Source: Hydrurus foetidus (Eukaryota). Taken from it: 64,000 nucleotides of DNA. The notes under the pieces were generated by a model. It had not been told where the DNA came from. It worked only from the letters and a program-made list of their open reading frames with translations, and searched no databases. The stretch covers positions 186,001 through 250,000 of the forward strand of contig UYFQ01000006.1 in the NCBI GenBank assembly GCA_900617105.1. The letters run 5' to 3'. Position numbers and translations under genes: made by a program. Shown here piece after piece: positions 49,587-59,730 of this stretch (position 1 is its first letter; the number at the start of each line of letters is the position of its first letter).

Positions 49587-50600
49587 TTACGGCTGAAAGC
49601 CCGATTTCTGCACCACAGGTGCCCACTGGGTGCGAAAGCTCTTGAGCATGGCTTGTGTTTGGGCCTGGGTGCTGACCACAGGGGTCATCTTGGTATCCGC
49701 AAATTTGCGCTGGGTGTCGGGGTCTTGCATCACTTCGCGGATGGCGGCGCTTAAAGCATCCACCCGGTCTTTGGGCATGGTGGTCGGGGCGAAGAAGGTG
49801 TTCCAACCTGTAGCCACCAAATCGAGACCGGCTTCCTTGAAGGTGGGGATAGCAGGCGCAAAGGCTGAGCGCTGGTCGCCAGACACCGCCAAGATGCGCA
49901 GCTTACCGCTCTCATGCTGAGGTAACACGCTGTCCAAGGTGTCAAAGGCTACAGGCACTTGGCCGCCGATCAAATCGGTCAGCAAGGGGGCTGAACCCCG
50001 GTAGCCCACCACCTGCGCCTTAACCTCGGCTTTGTCGCCCATCATCAGGCCAAAAAAATGCGGCAGACTGCCAGTGGCAGGCACGCCAAAGTTGGCTTTT
50101 TCGGGGTTAGCACGCAACCACGCCAGCAGGTGAGACAGCTCACGCACCGGCACGGCTGTGGCCACCGCCAGAGCGAATTCGTAGCTGTTGACTTGCGAGA
50201 CGGGTACAAAGTCACGCTCAGGGTCGTAGCCGTTGTCTTTGAACACCAAGGGAGCCACCACCATCACAGCGGGGTTGGCAAGCATCAGCACGTTTTGGCC
50301 TGGAGGTGTGGCTTTGACCTGCTGCGCGGCGAGTCGGCCACCGGCACCGGTTTTGTTGTCCACCACCACCGTCATTTTGAGTTTGGCTTGCAGCTTGTCC
50401 GCCACGATACGCGCCACGCGGTCGGTTGAGCCGCCAGGTGGGTAGCCCACCACGATGCGCAGGGTGCCGTCCCCTGCCAGCAAGGGTGTTGCGGGTGTTT
50501 GGGCATGGGCTTGCACACCCCACGTCGATACAGTGACGGCAACTGCGGTCGTCACTGCGGCAAAAACTACCGTCATCCACTGTCGTCTTGGTTTGAACAT
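49587..50600 (-). CDS. Bug/TctC tripartite tricarboxylate transporter substrate-binding protein
   Basis: VGYPPGGSTD, NKTGAGG and YRGSAPLLTDLIGGQV motifs; signal peptide. Confidence 0.92.
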   Translation of the reverse strand: MFKPRRQWMTVVFAAVTTAVAVTVSTWGVQAHAQTPATPLLAGDGTLRIVVGYPPGGSTDRVARIVADKLQAKLKMTVVVDNKTGAGGRLAAQQVKATPPGQNVLMLANPAVMVVAPLVFKDNGYDPERDFVPVSQVNSYEFALAVATAVPVRELSHLLAWLRANPEKANFGVPATGSLPHFFGLMMGDKAEVKAQVVGYRGSAPLLTDLIGGQVPVAFDTLDSVLPQHESGKLRILAVSGDQRSAFAPAIPTFKEAGLDLVATGWNTFFAPTTMPKDRVDALSAAIREVMQDPDTQRKFADTKMTPVVSTQAQTQAMLKSFRTQWAPVVQKSGFQP

Positions 50601-50669
50601 GGCACGCTCCGAAAGCTTGTGCAAACCTGGGCACCGCGCCGGTTTGCCAAGCCACTGTAATCGCCAGAC

Positions 50670-50690
50670 AATTGATTGATCTAATCAATT
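50670..50690. promoter_or_regulatory. Putative MarR operator
   Basis: Perfect palindrome AATTGATT-N5-AATCAATT between the divergent bug and marR genes. Confidence 0.65.
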
Positions 50691-50733
50691 ACTTACCGTA
50701 TTTACCCTGGGTATGCGGTGTACCCTTACCGCT

Positions 50734-51252
50734 ATGACGACAACGCTGCGACAACCTCTTGCTATCGACGATTTGCTGCTCTACCGCTTCAGCCATGCGT
50801 TGAGTGTGGGGGGTAGCTCGGTGATTCGCCTGTGCGAGGGCCGGTTTGGCATCACCCGGCGCGAATGGCGGGTGATCGCCTCCTTGCAGCCCGGCACCAA
50901 CATGGCATCGTCCGACTTGGCTGTGCATACCCAGCTGGACAGGGCACGCACATCGCGCTGCATCACCTCATTGGTCGCCAAGGGTTTGCTCGACCGCCAA
51001 GCGGTGGCGAGCGACTTGCGCCGGGCCACGGTGAGGCTGACCGACAAAGGGCAACAACTGTATGAAACTTTGTTCCCGCTGGTCGTGCAGCTCAACGCGC
51101 AGTTGGTGCAGACTTTGACGGATGAAGAACTGGCGGTGCTGGACAAAGCCCTGACCGCCATCCAAAAGCAAGCGCAGAGCCTGCTGGGGCAAGAGGATTT
51201 GCCCAAGGCGAACCGGCGGCGTGGTGGCCGGTCCAGGCACCTGATGGGCTAG
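50734..51252 (+). CDS. MarR-family regulator
   Basis: GITRREWRV, DRARTSR and DLRR..LTDKG motifs. Confidence 0.9.
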   Translation: MTTTLRQPLAIDDLLLYRFSHALSVGGSSVIRLCEGRFGITRREWRVIASLQPGTNMASSDLAVHTQLDRARTSRCITSLVAKGLLDRQAVASDLRRATVRLTDKGQQLYETLFPLVVQLNAQLVQTLTDEELAVLDKALTAIQKQAQSLLGQEDLPKANRRRGGRSRHLMG

Positions 51253-51282
51253 CGCTGAGCGCCAGCCTTTTCCCCCAAAACC

Positions 51283-52719
51283 TTAAACGCAGGCGATCGA
51301 CACCGATTTGGTGTTCAGGTAGGCTTCCAAAGCCTCGGGCCCACCTTCAGAGCCGTAGCCCGAATCCTTCACGCCGCCGAAGGGCATTTCAGGCCAAGCC
51401 ATGGCGGGCTGGTTGATCCACAACATGCCGACTTGCAGGTTTTGTGCAATCTGGTGGGCGCTTTTCAGTGAACCGGTGAAGGCGTAGCTGGCGAGGCCGA
51501 AAGGCAGGCGGTTGGCTTCAGCGATGGCTTCGTCCAGCAGGTCAAACGTGCGGATGGCCGCCATAGGGCCAAACGGCTCATCGTTAAACACCATGGCATC
51601 CAAGGGCACGTCCATCAGCACGGTGGGCGCAAAGAAGTTGCCGGTGGTGCCGATGCGCTCGCCACCCGCCGCGACGGTAGCGCCCCGGCGCACAGCGTCT
51701 TCGGTGAACTGGGCCATCGCAGTGACACGGCGGGGATTGGCGAGAGGGCCCATGGTGGTGCCTTCTTCCATACCATTACCCACTTTCAGGCGCTGCACTT
51801 GCTTGACCATCGCGGCGGCAAAGCTGTCTTTCAGGCTCGAATGCACCAAGAAACGGGTGGGGGAAATGCACACCTGACCGGCGTTGCGGAACTTGGCGGC
51901 ACCGGCAGAGCGTGCGGCGAGTTCAACATCGGCATCTTCGGCCACGATCACCGGAGCGTGACCGCCGAGTTCCATCGTGGCACGCTTCATGTGCAAACCG
52001 GCCAGTGAGGCGAGTTGCTTGCCCACGGGGGTGGAGCCGGTGAAGGTGATTTTGCGGATCACCGGATGGGCAATCAGGTAGCTTGAAATTTCAGCCGGGT
52101 CGCCATAAACCAAACCGACCACGCCTGCAGGCACGCCAGCATCGACAAACACGCGAATCAGCTCAGCGGGCGAAGCCGGGGTTTCTTCGGGCGCTTTGAC
52201 CAAGATGGAGCAACCGGTGGCCAAAGCGGCCCCCATTTTGCGCACGATTTGGTTGATAGGAAAGTTCCACGGCGTGAAGGCGGCGACAGGGCCGACGGGT
52301 TCTTTCAGCACCTGCTGCTGGGTGGTGAGGTTGCGGGCCGGGACGATACGGCCATAGACGCGACGGGCTTCTTCAGCAAAGAACTCAATCACTTCAGCAG
52401 ACATCATGGTCTCGCCTTTGGCCTCTGCCAAGGGCTTGCCTTGCTCTTGCGTCATCAGGGCCGCGATGGCACCTGAGCGCTCGCGCAGCAGCACGGCGGC
52501 ACGGCGCATGATGGCGCTGCGCTCAACGGCAGGGGTTTTGCGCCAGACGTCGAAACCTTTTTGTGCAGCGGCAACGGCACGGTCTAAATCAACAATGCTG
52601 GCGTGGGCCAAGCGGCCGATTTCCAGGCCGGTAGCGGGGTTCACGATGGCGATGGTTTTGCCATCAGCAGCGTCGCACCATTGGCCGTCGATCAAGAGTT
52701 GGGGGTTGGCGTAAGTCAT
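51283..52719 (-). CDS. NAD-dependent aldehyde dehydrogenase (SSADH / alpha-ketoglutaric semialdehyde dehydrogenase type)
   Basis: TPWNFP, FTGST, MELGG, GQVC and EPFGP motifs. Confidence 0.92.
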   Translation of the reverse strand: MTYANPQLLIDGQWCDAADGKTIAIVNPATGLEIGRLAHASIVDLDRAVAAAQKGFDVWRKTPAVERSAIMRRAAVLLRERSGAIAALMTQEQGKPLAEAKGETMMSAEVIEFFAEEARRVYGRIVPARNLTTQQQVLKEPVGPVAAFTPWNFPINQIVRKMGAALATGCSILVKAPEETPASPAELIRVFVDAGVPAGVVGLVYGDPAEISSYLIAHPVIRKITFTGSTPVGKQLASLAGLHMKRATMELGGHAPVIVAEDADVELAARSAGAAKFRNAGQVCISPTRFLVHSSLKDSFAAAMVKQVQRLKVGNGMEEGTTMGPLANPRRVTAMAQFTEDAVRRGATVAAGGERIGTTGNFFAPTVLMDVPLDAMVFNDEPFGPMAAIRTFDLLDEAIAEANRLPFGLASYAFTGSLKSAHQIAQNLQVGMLWINQPAMAWPEMPFGGVKDSGYGSEGGPEALEAYLNTKSVSIACV

Positions 52720-52794
52720 GGGAGTCTCCTGGGGATAAATGGAAGAGAGGGCGAAAAAGGAAAAAGATGAGGGATGAACAACATTACAGTGAAT

Positions 52795-53559
52795 TTACCG
52801 CACAGCGTCACTGCACACCGGGCAGGCAGGGTTGCGCGGCAAGCCCATGTTGCTGAAATCCATGCTGCGCCCGTCCAGCATCAGCAGATGACCCACAAGG
52901 GCGCTGCCCATGCCGCTGACCAGTTTCAGCGCTTCTGCGGCTTGCATGGCGCCGATGATGCCCACCAGCGGTGCAAACACGCCCATCGTGGCGCAGCGGG
53001 TTTCTTCAAACGTGTCATTTTCAATGTCATGCGGGAAGACACAGGCATAGCAGGGCGACTGGGGCTGACGGGCATCAAAAACCGACAGTTGCCCATCAAA
53101 ACGAATGGCAGCACCCGACACCAGGGGAGTGCGATGCTTCACGCAAGCGGCGTTGACGAGGTGGCGGGTGGCGAAGTTGTCGCTGCAATCGAGCACCACA
53201 TCAGCAGCAGCCACCCACGCATCGAGTTGCGCCGCGTCAGCACGCGCTTGCACGGCGTGGACATGGACTTGCGGGTTGAGGGCTGCAATAGCGGCTTGGG
53301 CGGACGTCACCTTAGCCTCGCCGACACGCGCCGTGGTGTGGGCGATTTGGCGTTGCAGGTTGGTGAGGTCAACCACATCATCGTCCACCAGGGTGATGTG
53401 CCCCACACCCGCTGAAGCCAGGTACAGCGCGACCGGGGAACCCAGCCCCCCAGCACCGATCACCAGCGCATGAGCCGCCAAGATACGCTCTTGGCCCTCA
53501 ATACCGATCTCGTCGAGCAGGATATGCCGCGAGTAGCGCAGCAGCTGGTGGTCGTCCAT
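52795..53559 (-). CDS. moeB: MoeB/ThiF-family adenylyltransferase
   Basis: RYSRHI, GAGGLG, NLQRQ, DNFATR and CxxC motifs. Confidence 0.9.
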   Translation of the reverse strand: MDDHQLLRYSRHILLDEIGIEGQERILAAHALVIGAGGLGSPVALYLASAGVGHITLVDDDVVDLTNLQRQIAHTTARVGEAKVTSAQAAIAALNPQVHVHAVQARADAAQLDAWVAAADVVLDCSDNFATRHLVNAACVKHRTPLVSGAAIRFDGQLSVFDARQPQSPCYACVFPHDIENDTFEETRCATMGVFAPLVGIIGAMQAAEALKLVSGMGSALVGHLLMLDGRSMDFSNMGLPRNPACPVCSDAVR

Positions 53560-53605
53560 CGAACGCGAAGGTGCCCTTAAAAAGATTGACTTTAGCGGGT
53601 CAGCT

Positions 53606-55054
53606 TCAGTTTTCTTTCTTCTCTTCCTTGCGCTCGGTGAGGGTCTTGCTGACTATCACGGGGCGGCCTTTGAGTTGGTTGAGGGCTTGAAGCAGTGGGA
53701 AGTCTTTGTCCGAACCAAACTCGGGCGGCTTGCGGTCGGCCAAGGGTTTTTTGGACTCTTCTTCCAGCTTCTTCATGGCCTCTTCGCGGGCTTTATCGCG
53801 CTCAGGGTCTTTGACTTCCGCCCCTTGGCCGCTGGTCAAGTGCTTTTCCAGATCGGCTTCACGGGTGCGCAGTGCTGCAAACGGACTGCCGCCTTCGGTG
53901 TCGTCCACCATCACTTCAGGCACGATGCCTTTGGCTTGAATAGATTTGCCCGACGGCGTGTAGTAGCGTGCGGTGGTCAGCTTGAGACCTGAATCAGGGC
54001 CAAGAGGGCGCACGGTTTGCACCGAGCCTTTGCCAAAAGTCTGGCTGCCCATGATGGTGCCGCGCTTGTAGTCTTGCAGCGCACCGGCCACGATTTCGCT
54101 GGCCGAAGCAGAGCCCTCGTTCACCAGCACCACCAGCGGCACGGTTTTCAGTGCGCCTTTGGTCACGTCGGTCAAACGCTTGAGCGGGTCTGGCCCGTTG
54201 CGGCGCTGGTAGAACTCAGGCGAAGCTTTGTAGGTGAATTTACTTTCTGCCAACTGGCCGTTGGTCGACACCACGGTCACGTTTTCGGGCAAGAACGCGG
54301 CAGAAATCGCCACCGCTGCATCAAGCAAACCACCGGGGTCGTTGCGCAAATCAAGTACCAAGCCTTTGAGGTTGGGCTCTTGCTTGTAGATTTCTTCCAT
54401 CTTGCGGGTGAAGTCGTCCACCGTGCGCTCTTGAAATTGCGACAGGCGAATCCACGCATAGCCTGGCTCCATCACCTTACCGCGCACCGATTGGGTACGG
54501 ATTTCTTCGCGGGTGATGGTGACGGGGAAGGTGCGGCTTTCTTCCTTGCGGAAGATGGTCAGCAGCACCTTGGTATTGGGCTCGCCGCGCATCTTTTTCA
54601 CGGCATCGTTCAAAGGCAAGCCCTTGACCATCGTGTCGTCGATTTTCGTGATCAAGTCGCCCGGCTTCAAACCGGCACGGAAAGCAGGCGAGCCCTCAAT
54701 CGGCGAAACCACCTTGACCAAGCCGTCTTCTTGGGTGATCTCGATGCCGACACCGACAAAGCGACCCGACGTGCCTTCGCGGAATTCTTTGAATGATTTT
54801 TTATCGAAATACTGCGAATGCGGATCCAAACTGGCCACCATGCCAGAGATGGCATCGGTAATCAGCTTTTTCTCGTCCACGGGTTCGACGTAATCGCTCT
54901 TCACCATGCCGAAGACGGCAGCGAGCTGTTGCAGCTCTTCGAGCGGCAAAGGGGCAAGCGCACCGCGCGCCACCGTTTGCAAGGACACCGTCGTTAAAGC
55001 GCCTGCGATGGCACCGACAGCAATCCAACCCGTAATTTTAAGTTTCTGACCCAT
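53606..55054 (-). CDS. ctpA: S41 carboxy-terminal processing protease
   Basis: PDZ domain; DLRNDPGG, SASASEI and FGKGSVQ motifs. Confidence 0.93.
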   Translation of the reverse strand: MGQKLKITGWIAVGAIAGALTTVSLQTVARGALAPLPLEELQQLAAVFGMVKSDYVEPVDEKKLITDAISGMVASLDPHSQYFDKKSFKEFREGTSGRFVGVGIEITQEDGLVKVVSPIEGSPAFRAGLKPGDLITKIDDTMVKGLPLNDAVKKMRGEPNTKVLLTIFRKEESRTFPVTITREEIRTQSVRGKVMEPGYAWIRLSQFQERTVDDFTRKMEEIYKQEPNLKGLVLDLRNDPGGLLDAAVAISAAFLPENVTVVSTNGQLAESKFTYKASPEFYQRRNGPDPLKRLTDVTKGALKTVPLVVLVNEGSASASEIVAGALQDYKRGTIMGSQTFGKGSVQTVRPLGPDSGLKLTTARYYTPSGKSIQAKGIVPEVMVDDTEGGSPFAALRTREADLEKHLTSGQGAEVKDPERDKAREEAMKKLEEESKKPLADRKPPEFGSDKDFPLLQALNQLKGRPVIVSKTLTERKEEKKEN

Positions 55055-55199
55055 GTTGTATGCACCTTAGCCGTTCAATATACACCTTGGAACCCAGCGG
55101 CTCGCAAGGGTTCACAAGAAGGCTGCTTTCTTTACGGCCTATTTACAGCCTGATTGCAAAGGGGCAGTTTGAGCCGTGATTTTCAGCTTTTCACGCCGT

Positions 55200-55943
55200 T
55201 CAGGCTTTGCCTTGGGTGGCAACCGCAGCCGCCGCTTTGGCCGCAGCCTCAGCATCGCCCAAATAGTAGTGGCGGATGGGCTTCAGGTTAGCGTCCAGCT
55301 CGTACACCAGCGGAATGCCGTTGGGGATGTTGACGCCCACGATGTCATCGTCAGAAATCTCGTCCAAGTACTTGATGAGGGCACGGATGGAATTGCCATG
55401 CGCGGCTACGATGATGCGTTTGCCCGCCCGGATGGCCGGTGCCATCGCTTCATTCCAGAAGGGCAGCACGCGCTCCACGGTGTCTTTCAGGCATTCGGTC
55501 AGCGGCACTTGGTCGGCGTTCAGCTTGGCATAGCGCAGATCGCCACGCTCGCTGCGCTCGTCGCCGGCTTCCAATGCAGGCGGTGGCGTGTCATAGCTGC
55601 GGCGCCACACCAGTACCTGCGCGTCGCCGTATTGCTTGGCGGTTTCAGCCTTGTTCAGCCCTTGCAGCGCACCGTAATGGCGCTCGTTCAAGCGCCAGCT
55701 GTGGGCCACGGGCAAATACGTGCGGTCCATTGCGTCCAGGCAGTGCCACAGCGTGCGAGTGGCGCGCTTGAGCACGCTGGTGTAGGCCAGATCAAACTCA
55801 TAGCCACCGGCTTTGAGCAACTGCCCAGCTTGGGTGGCCTGGGCCACGCCCGTTTCGGTCAAATCCACATCCGTCCAACCCGTGAAGCGGTTTTCGAGAT
55901 TCCAAGTCGATTCGCCGTGGCGAACGAGAACTAGCTTGTACAT
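55200..55943 (-). CDS. gpmA: 2,3-bisphosphoglycerate-dependent phosphoglycerate mutase
   Basis: [15 protein letters not shown] and AHGNS motifs. Confidence 0.97.
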   Translation of the reverse strand: MYKLVLVRHGESTWNLENRFTGWTDVDLTETGVAQATQAGQLLKAGGYEFDLAYTSVLKRATRTLWHCLDAMDRTYLPVAHSWRLNERHYGALQGLNKAETAKQYGDAQVLVWRRSYDTPPPALEAGDERSERGDLRYAKLNADQVPLTECLKDTVERVLPFWNEAMAPAIRAGKRIIVAAHGNSIRALIKYLDEISDDDIVGVNIPNGIPLVYELDANLKPIRHYYLGDAEAAAKAAAAVATQGKA

Positions 55944-56034
55944 GGCGCAAAACCCTGTGAAAAGAGAAAAAAGAGGCCATCAAAATAACCTGTAGCCCAT
56001 GATTCTAAAATGCGGTTTACTGCAAAGGAAACCT

Positions 56035-56442
56035 GTGAAGTTCATTATTGACAATTGGATGCTTATTTCTGTGGCTTTGACCTCGGGTGTGCTGCTGCTG
56101 TGGCCCATCATCATGGGGGCCAACGCTGGCGGCTTGACGGCCAGCGGCGCGGTTCACCTCATCAACCGCGAAAAAGCCGTGGTGATTGACGTGTCCGAAC
56201 CCGGCGAATTCGCGCTGGCCCATGTGAACGGCTCGAAAAACGTGCCGATGGCCGATTTTGAGAAGCGCCTGCCTGAAGTCGTCAAAAACAAAACCCTGCC
56301 CGTGATCTTGGTCTGCACCTCAGGCCTTCGCGCCACCAAAGCGATTGCCATGGCCCAAAAACTGGGCTACGAACAAGCCCAAGCCCTGGGTGGCGGCTTG
56401 CGTGCATGGCGCGAAGCCAACCTCCCTCTCGAAAAGGCCTGA
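56035..56442 (+). CDS. Rhodanese-like domain protein
   Basis: N-terminal TM segment; VIDV..EF..HV and LGGGLRAW motifs; conserved position before grxC-secB. Confidence 0.88.
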   Translation: MKFIIDNWMLISVALTSGVLLLWPIIMGANAGGLTASGAVHLINREKAVVIDVSEPGEFALAHVNGSKNVPMADFEKRLPEVVKNKTLPVILVCTSGLRATKAIAMAQKLGYEQAQALGGGLRAWREANLPLEKA

Positions 56443-56448
56443 TCCCGT

Positions 56449-56718
56449 ATGACCACGATGCAAGCTGTCAAGATGTACACCTCCACGTACTGCCCTTATT
56501 GCAGCCGTGCCAAGCAACTGCTCACCGCACGCGGCGTCAGTGGCATCCAGGAGATCAACATCGAAGACTCACCCGCAGAACGCGCCACAATGATGACGCT
56601 GACCGGTCGCCGCACCGTGCCGCAAATCTTCATTGGCGACACCCATGTGGGCGGCTGCGATGATTTGATGGCCCTGGATGCAAGCGGTGGGCTGATGCCC
56701 TTGCTGCAAGCGGCTTAA
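56449..56718 (+). CDS. grxC: Glutaredoxin 3
   Basis: CPYC, TVPQIF and GGCDD motifs. Confidence 0.95.
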   Translation: MTTMQAVKMYTSTYCPYCSRAKQLLTARGVSGIQEINIEDSPAERATMMTLTGRRTVPQIFIGDTHVGGCDDLMALDASGGLMPLLQAA

Positions 56719-56825
56719 GCCCCCAGATCCCCGGCAAATCACCTGCAATAATCCTGCGTTCGCCGCTTGAGTGGCGATTCCTGACATCCCTCTTATCCCT
56801 ATCCCTGCATCCGAAAGAAGACACC

Positions 56826-57287
56826 ATGGCTGAGCAACTCGACCCCGTATTCCAAATCCAACGCATCTACCTCAAAGAAGCTTCGCTGGAGCAGCCCAAT
56901 TCGCCCGCCATTTTGTTGGAGCAAGAGCAGCCTGCCGTGGACATCCAGTTGGCCATCGAAGCCAACCCTGTCGCTGAAGGCATGTTTGAAGTGGCCGTCA
57001 CCGCCACTGTGCAAACCAAGATCAAAGACAAAACCGTGTTCTTGGTGGAAGCCAAACAAGCCGGTATTTTCGAGATTCGCAACCTGAGCGACGAGCAAAT
57101 GGGCCCCATCATGGGCATCGCTTGTCCTCAAATCGTCTACCCTTACCTGCGCGGCAACGTGGCAGATCTGGTGCAACGCGCTGGCTTCCCACCTGTGCAT
57201 TTGGCCGAAATCAACTTCCAAGCCATGTACGAGCAACAACAAGCCCAAGCCGCAGCGGCACAAGAAGCCCCTGCAATGGTGCAGTAA
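56826..57287 (+). CDS. secB: Protein export chaperone SecB
   Basis: [14 protein letters not shown] and CPQIVYPY motifs. Confidence 0.97.
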   Translation: MAEQLDPVFQIQRIYLKEASLEQPNSPAILLEQEQPAVDIQLAIEANPVAEGMFEVAVTATVQTKIKDKTVFLVEAKQAGIFEIRNLSDEQMGPIMGIACPQIVYPYLRGNVADLVQRAGFPPVHLAEINFQAMYEQQQAQAAAAQEAPAMVQ

Positions 57288-57372
57288 TTTCAAACTTAAA
57301 GTTAGCTTGCCATCAAGCTGAAATTAACGGCCAAACCATGCCCTTGAGCACACTACACGGGCATGAACAGCT

Positions 57373-58470
57373 ATGAAAATTGCAGTCCTCGGCGCAGGCG
57401 CATGGGGCACTGCGCTAGCCCTGTCCGCCAGCGGGCAAGCCCACAGCCCCCTATCGGCGCCATCAGCCCATCAAGTCACCCTGTGGGCACGTGACCCCCG
57501 CCAAGCGCAGGCCATGTCCGAGCAGCGGGTCAACGCCCAGTACCTGCCGGGTCACGCCTTTCCACCCAGCCTGAGCGTCCGCGCCGACCCGCTCCCCGCG
57601 CTGCGTGCTTTGGCCGACACACAAGACCTGCTGATCATCGCCGCCCCCGTGGCCGGTTTGCGCCAAATGTTGCAGGCCATCCAAGGCTCCTCAACGCCTG
57701 TGGCGTGGCTGTGCAAAGGCTTTGAGGCGCCGGTATCCCAGCCCTACGGTTTGCTGCCCCACGAAATACAGGCCGAAATAGCCGCCCAGCCCAGCGCATC
57801 CACCGCATTCCCTCAAGCTTGCGCTAACTTCTCTGCGCACTCCTCTGCTGAGTGCGCAGTGCTGAACGGCCCCAGCTTCGCCGCCGAAGTCGCACGCGGC
57901 CAACCCACCGCCCTGGTCGCCGCCAGCCGCTCCCCGCAGCTGCGTCAACTCCTGGTGGATGCCTTCCACAGCCCCGCCCTGCGCATCTACGCCAGCGACG
58001 ATGTGGTGGGTGTTGAAGTAGGCGGTGCCGTTAAAAACGTCCTCGCCATCGCCACCGGCCTGTGCGACGGCCTGCAACTCGGCCTGAACGCCCGCGCCGC
58101 CTTGATTACCCGCGGCTTGGCCGAAATGACCCGCCTGGGGTTGGCCATGGGCGCCCGCACAGAAACCTTCATGGGCCTGAGCGGCTTAGGCGATCTGGTA
58201 CTGACCGCCACCGGCGACCTCAGCCGCAACCGCAAAGTAGGCCTGCTGCTCGCCAGCGGCCAAACCATGACAGAAGCCGTAGCCTCCCTAGGCCACGTGG
58301 CCGAAGGCGTCTACTGCGCCCGCACCGTGGTACAGCGAGCCCGTCACTTGGGCGTGGACATGCCGATTGCGCAAAGTGTGGTGCGCTTGTTGGACGGGGA
58401 ATGCAATGTGCGCGAGGTGGTGGGGCAGTTGATGGGGCGGGGGGCGAAGGCGGAGACACAAGGGATTTGA
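57373..58470 (+). CDS. gpsA: NAD(P)H-dependent glycerol-3-phosphate dehydrogenase
   Basis: [16 protein letters not shown] and [11 protein letters not shown] motifs. Confidence 0.96.
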   Translation: MKIAVLGAGAWGTALALSASGQAHSPLSAPSAHQVTLWARDPRQAQAMSEQRVNAQYLPGHAFPPSLSVRADPLPALRALADTQDLLIIAAPVAGLRQMLQAIQGSSTPVAWLCKGFEAPVSQPYGLLPHEIQAEIAAQPSASTAFPQACANFSAHSSAECAVLNGPSFAAEVARGQPTALVAASRSPQLRQLLVDAFHSPALRIYASDDVVGVEVGGAVKNVLAIATGLCDGLQLGLNARAALITRGLAEMTRLGLAMGARTETFMGLSGLGDLVLTATGDLSRNRKVGLLLASGQTMTEAVASLGHVAEGVYCARTVVQRARHLGVDMPIAQSVVRLLDGECNVREVVGQLMGRGAKAETQGI

Positions 58471-58490
58471 GTCCCCGTTAAACTCCCCTC

Positions 58491-58781
58491 ATGCGCCCCT
58501 CAGAAGCCCTTTCCCTGCACCGCACGCAAATCCGCGAGATTGCACTTCGCCACCGCGTCAGTGGCGTGCGGGTATTTGGCTCGGCGCTGCACGGAGACGA
58601 CACCGCCGACAGCGATCTGGATCTGCTGGTGGAACCCACCGCGCAAACCACGTTGATGGACATTGGCGCGATCCGCTTTGAGTTGAAACAATTGCTGGGT
58701 ATAGAAGTGGACGTGCTCACCCCCAATGGCCTGCCCGTCAGTTTTCGGGAACAGGTGCTGCGCGAAGCTGTCACGGTATGA
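58491..58781 (+). CDS. Minimal nucleotidyltransferase (MNT) antitoxin
   Basis: FGSALHGDDTADSDLD (GS-X10-DxD). Confidence 0.88.
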   Translation: MRPSEALSLHRTQIREIALRHRVSGVRVFGSALHGDDTADSDLDLLVEPTAQTTLMDIGAIRFELKQLLGIEVDVLTPNGLPVSFREQVLREAVTV

Positions 58782-59134
58782 GTCGGGCAAATCCACTGCG
58801 TGTGGATGATTATTTGCGGCACATTCTGGAAGCTGTTGCAAATATCCAGGATTACACCGCTGGCATGGATTCAGCGGCCTTCATTGCAGACAACAAAACC
58901 CGTGATGCCGTGATTCGTAACCTGGAAGTAATTGGCGAGGCGTGCAACAACGTGACCAAGAAACACCCCAGCTTTGCTGCCGAACATGCTGACGTGCCCT
59001 GGGGCTTTGCCTATGAGATGCGCAATGCGCTGTCTCACGGCTATTTCAACATCGACCTCGCTATCGTTTGGCAGACCGTCCACAACGATTTGCCATCACT
59101 TCAGTCGCAGATTTCAGCCTTGGTTTGCCCCTAA
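58778..59134 (+). CDS. HEPN (DUF86) toxin
   Basis: DAVIRNLEVIGEA and RNALSHGY (RX4HXY); ATGA overlap with the MNT gene. Confidence 0.9.
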   Translation: MSRANPLRVDDYLRHILEAVANIQDYTAGMDSAAFIADNKTRDAVIRNLEVIGEACNNVTKKHPSFAAEHADVPWGFAYEMRNALSHGYFNIDLAIVWQTVHNDLPSLQSQISALVCP

Positions 59135-59721
59135 AACCCCGCAGGCCACACCACCCCGTTGTCATTCAAGATCGCGTCCAGCGGCACATCGTGCGGCTCG
59201 GGTTCGAAATCGGACACGAAGCCTTGCGTGTAGCCCAGCCCTACCGTCGTCGGATGAGGTTCTAGCACCGCCAGGGTGCGGTCGTAAAACCCGCCGCCGT
59301 AGCCCAGCCGGTAGCCGCCTATGCCGTAGCCCACGCAGGGCACAAACAGCAGGGTGGGGACAATGACCTCGGTGTCTTTGGGTTTGGGGATGCCGTAGGC
59401 ATCTTCTTCCATCGGGCAACCGGGGTACCACGCATGGAAGGTCAAGGTTTTGTGGACTTTATCGACCACGGGCAGGCCGATGCGGCGCAGTTGTGGGTTG
59501 TCCAGCAACTCGCCATCTTCCTTCCAGCGGTGCAGCGCGGGCAGGGGGTCAAACTCGCCTTTGATGGGCCAGTAAGCACCGATCACCGTGTCCGGGCGGT
59601 CAAAGAGCCAGATGCGCATCACGCGCTGGAGCAAATCGGCGCGTGCTAGCCGGTCTGGCAGGTTCAAACGTTCTTGGATAAGCGCTTTGCGTAACGCTTT
59701 CTTGGCTTCGATCTTGTCCAT
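59131..59721 (-). CDS. 5-formyltetrahydrofolate cyclo-ligase
   Basis: YWPIKGE, RLGYGGGFYDR and PHDVPLD motifs. Confidence 0.93.
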   Translation of the reverse strand: MDKIEAKKALRKALIQERLNLPDRLARADLLQRVMRIWLFDRPDTVIGAYWPIKGEFDPLPALHRWKEDGELLDNPQLRRIGLPVVDKVHKTLTFHAWYPGCPMEEDAYGIPKPKDTEVIVPTLLFVPCVGYGIGGYRLGYGGGFYDRTLAVLEPHPTTVGLGYTQGFVSDFEPEPHDVPLDAILNDNGVVWPAGF

Positions 59722-59730
59722 AATCCCCAC

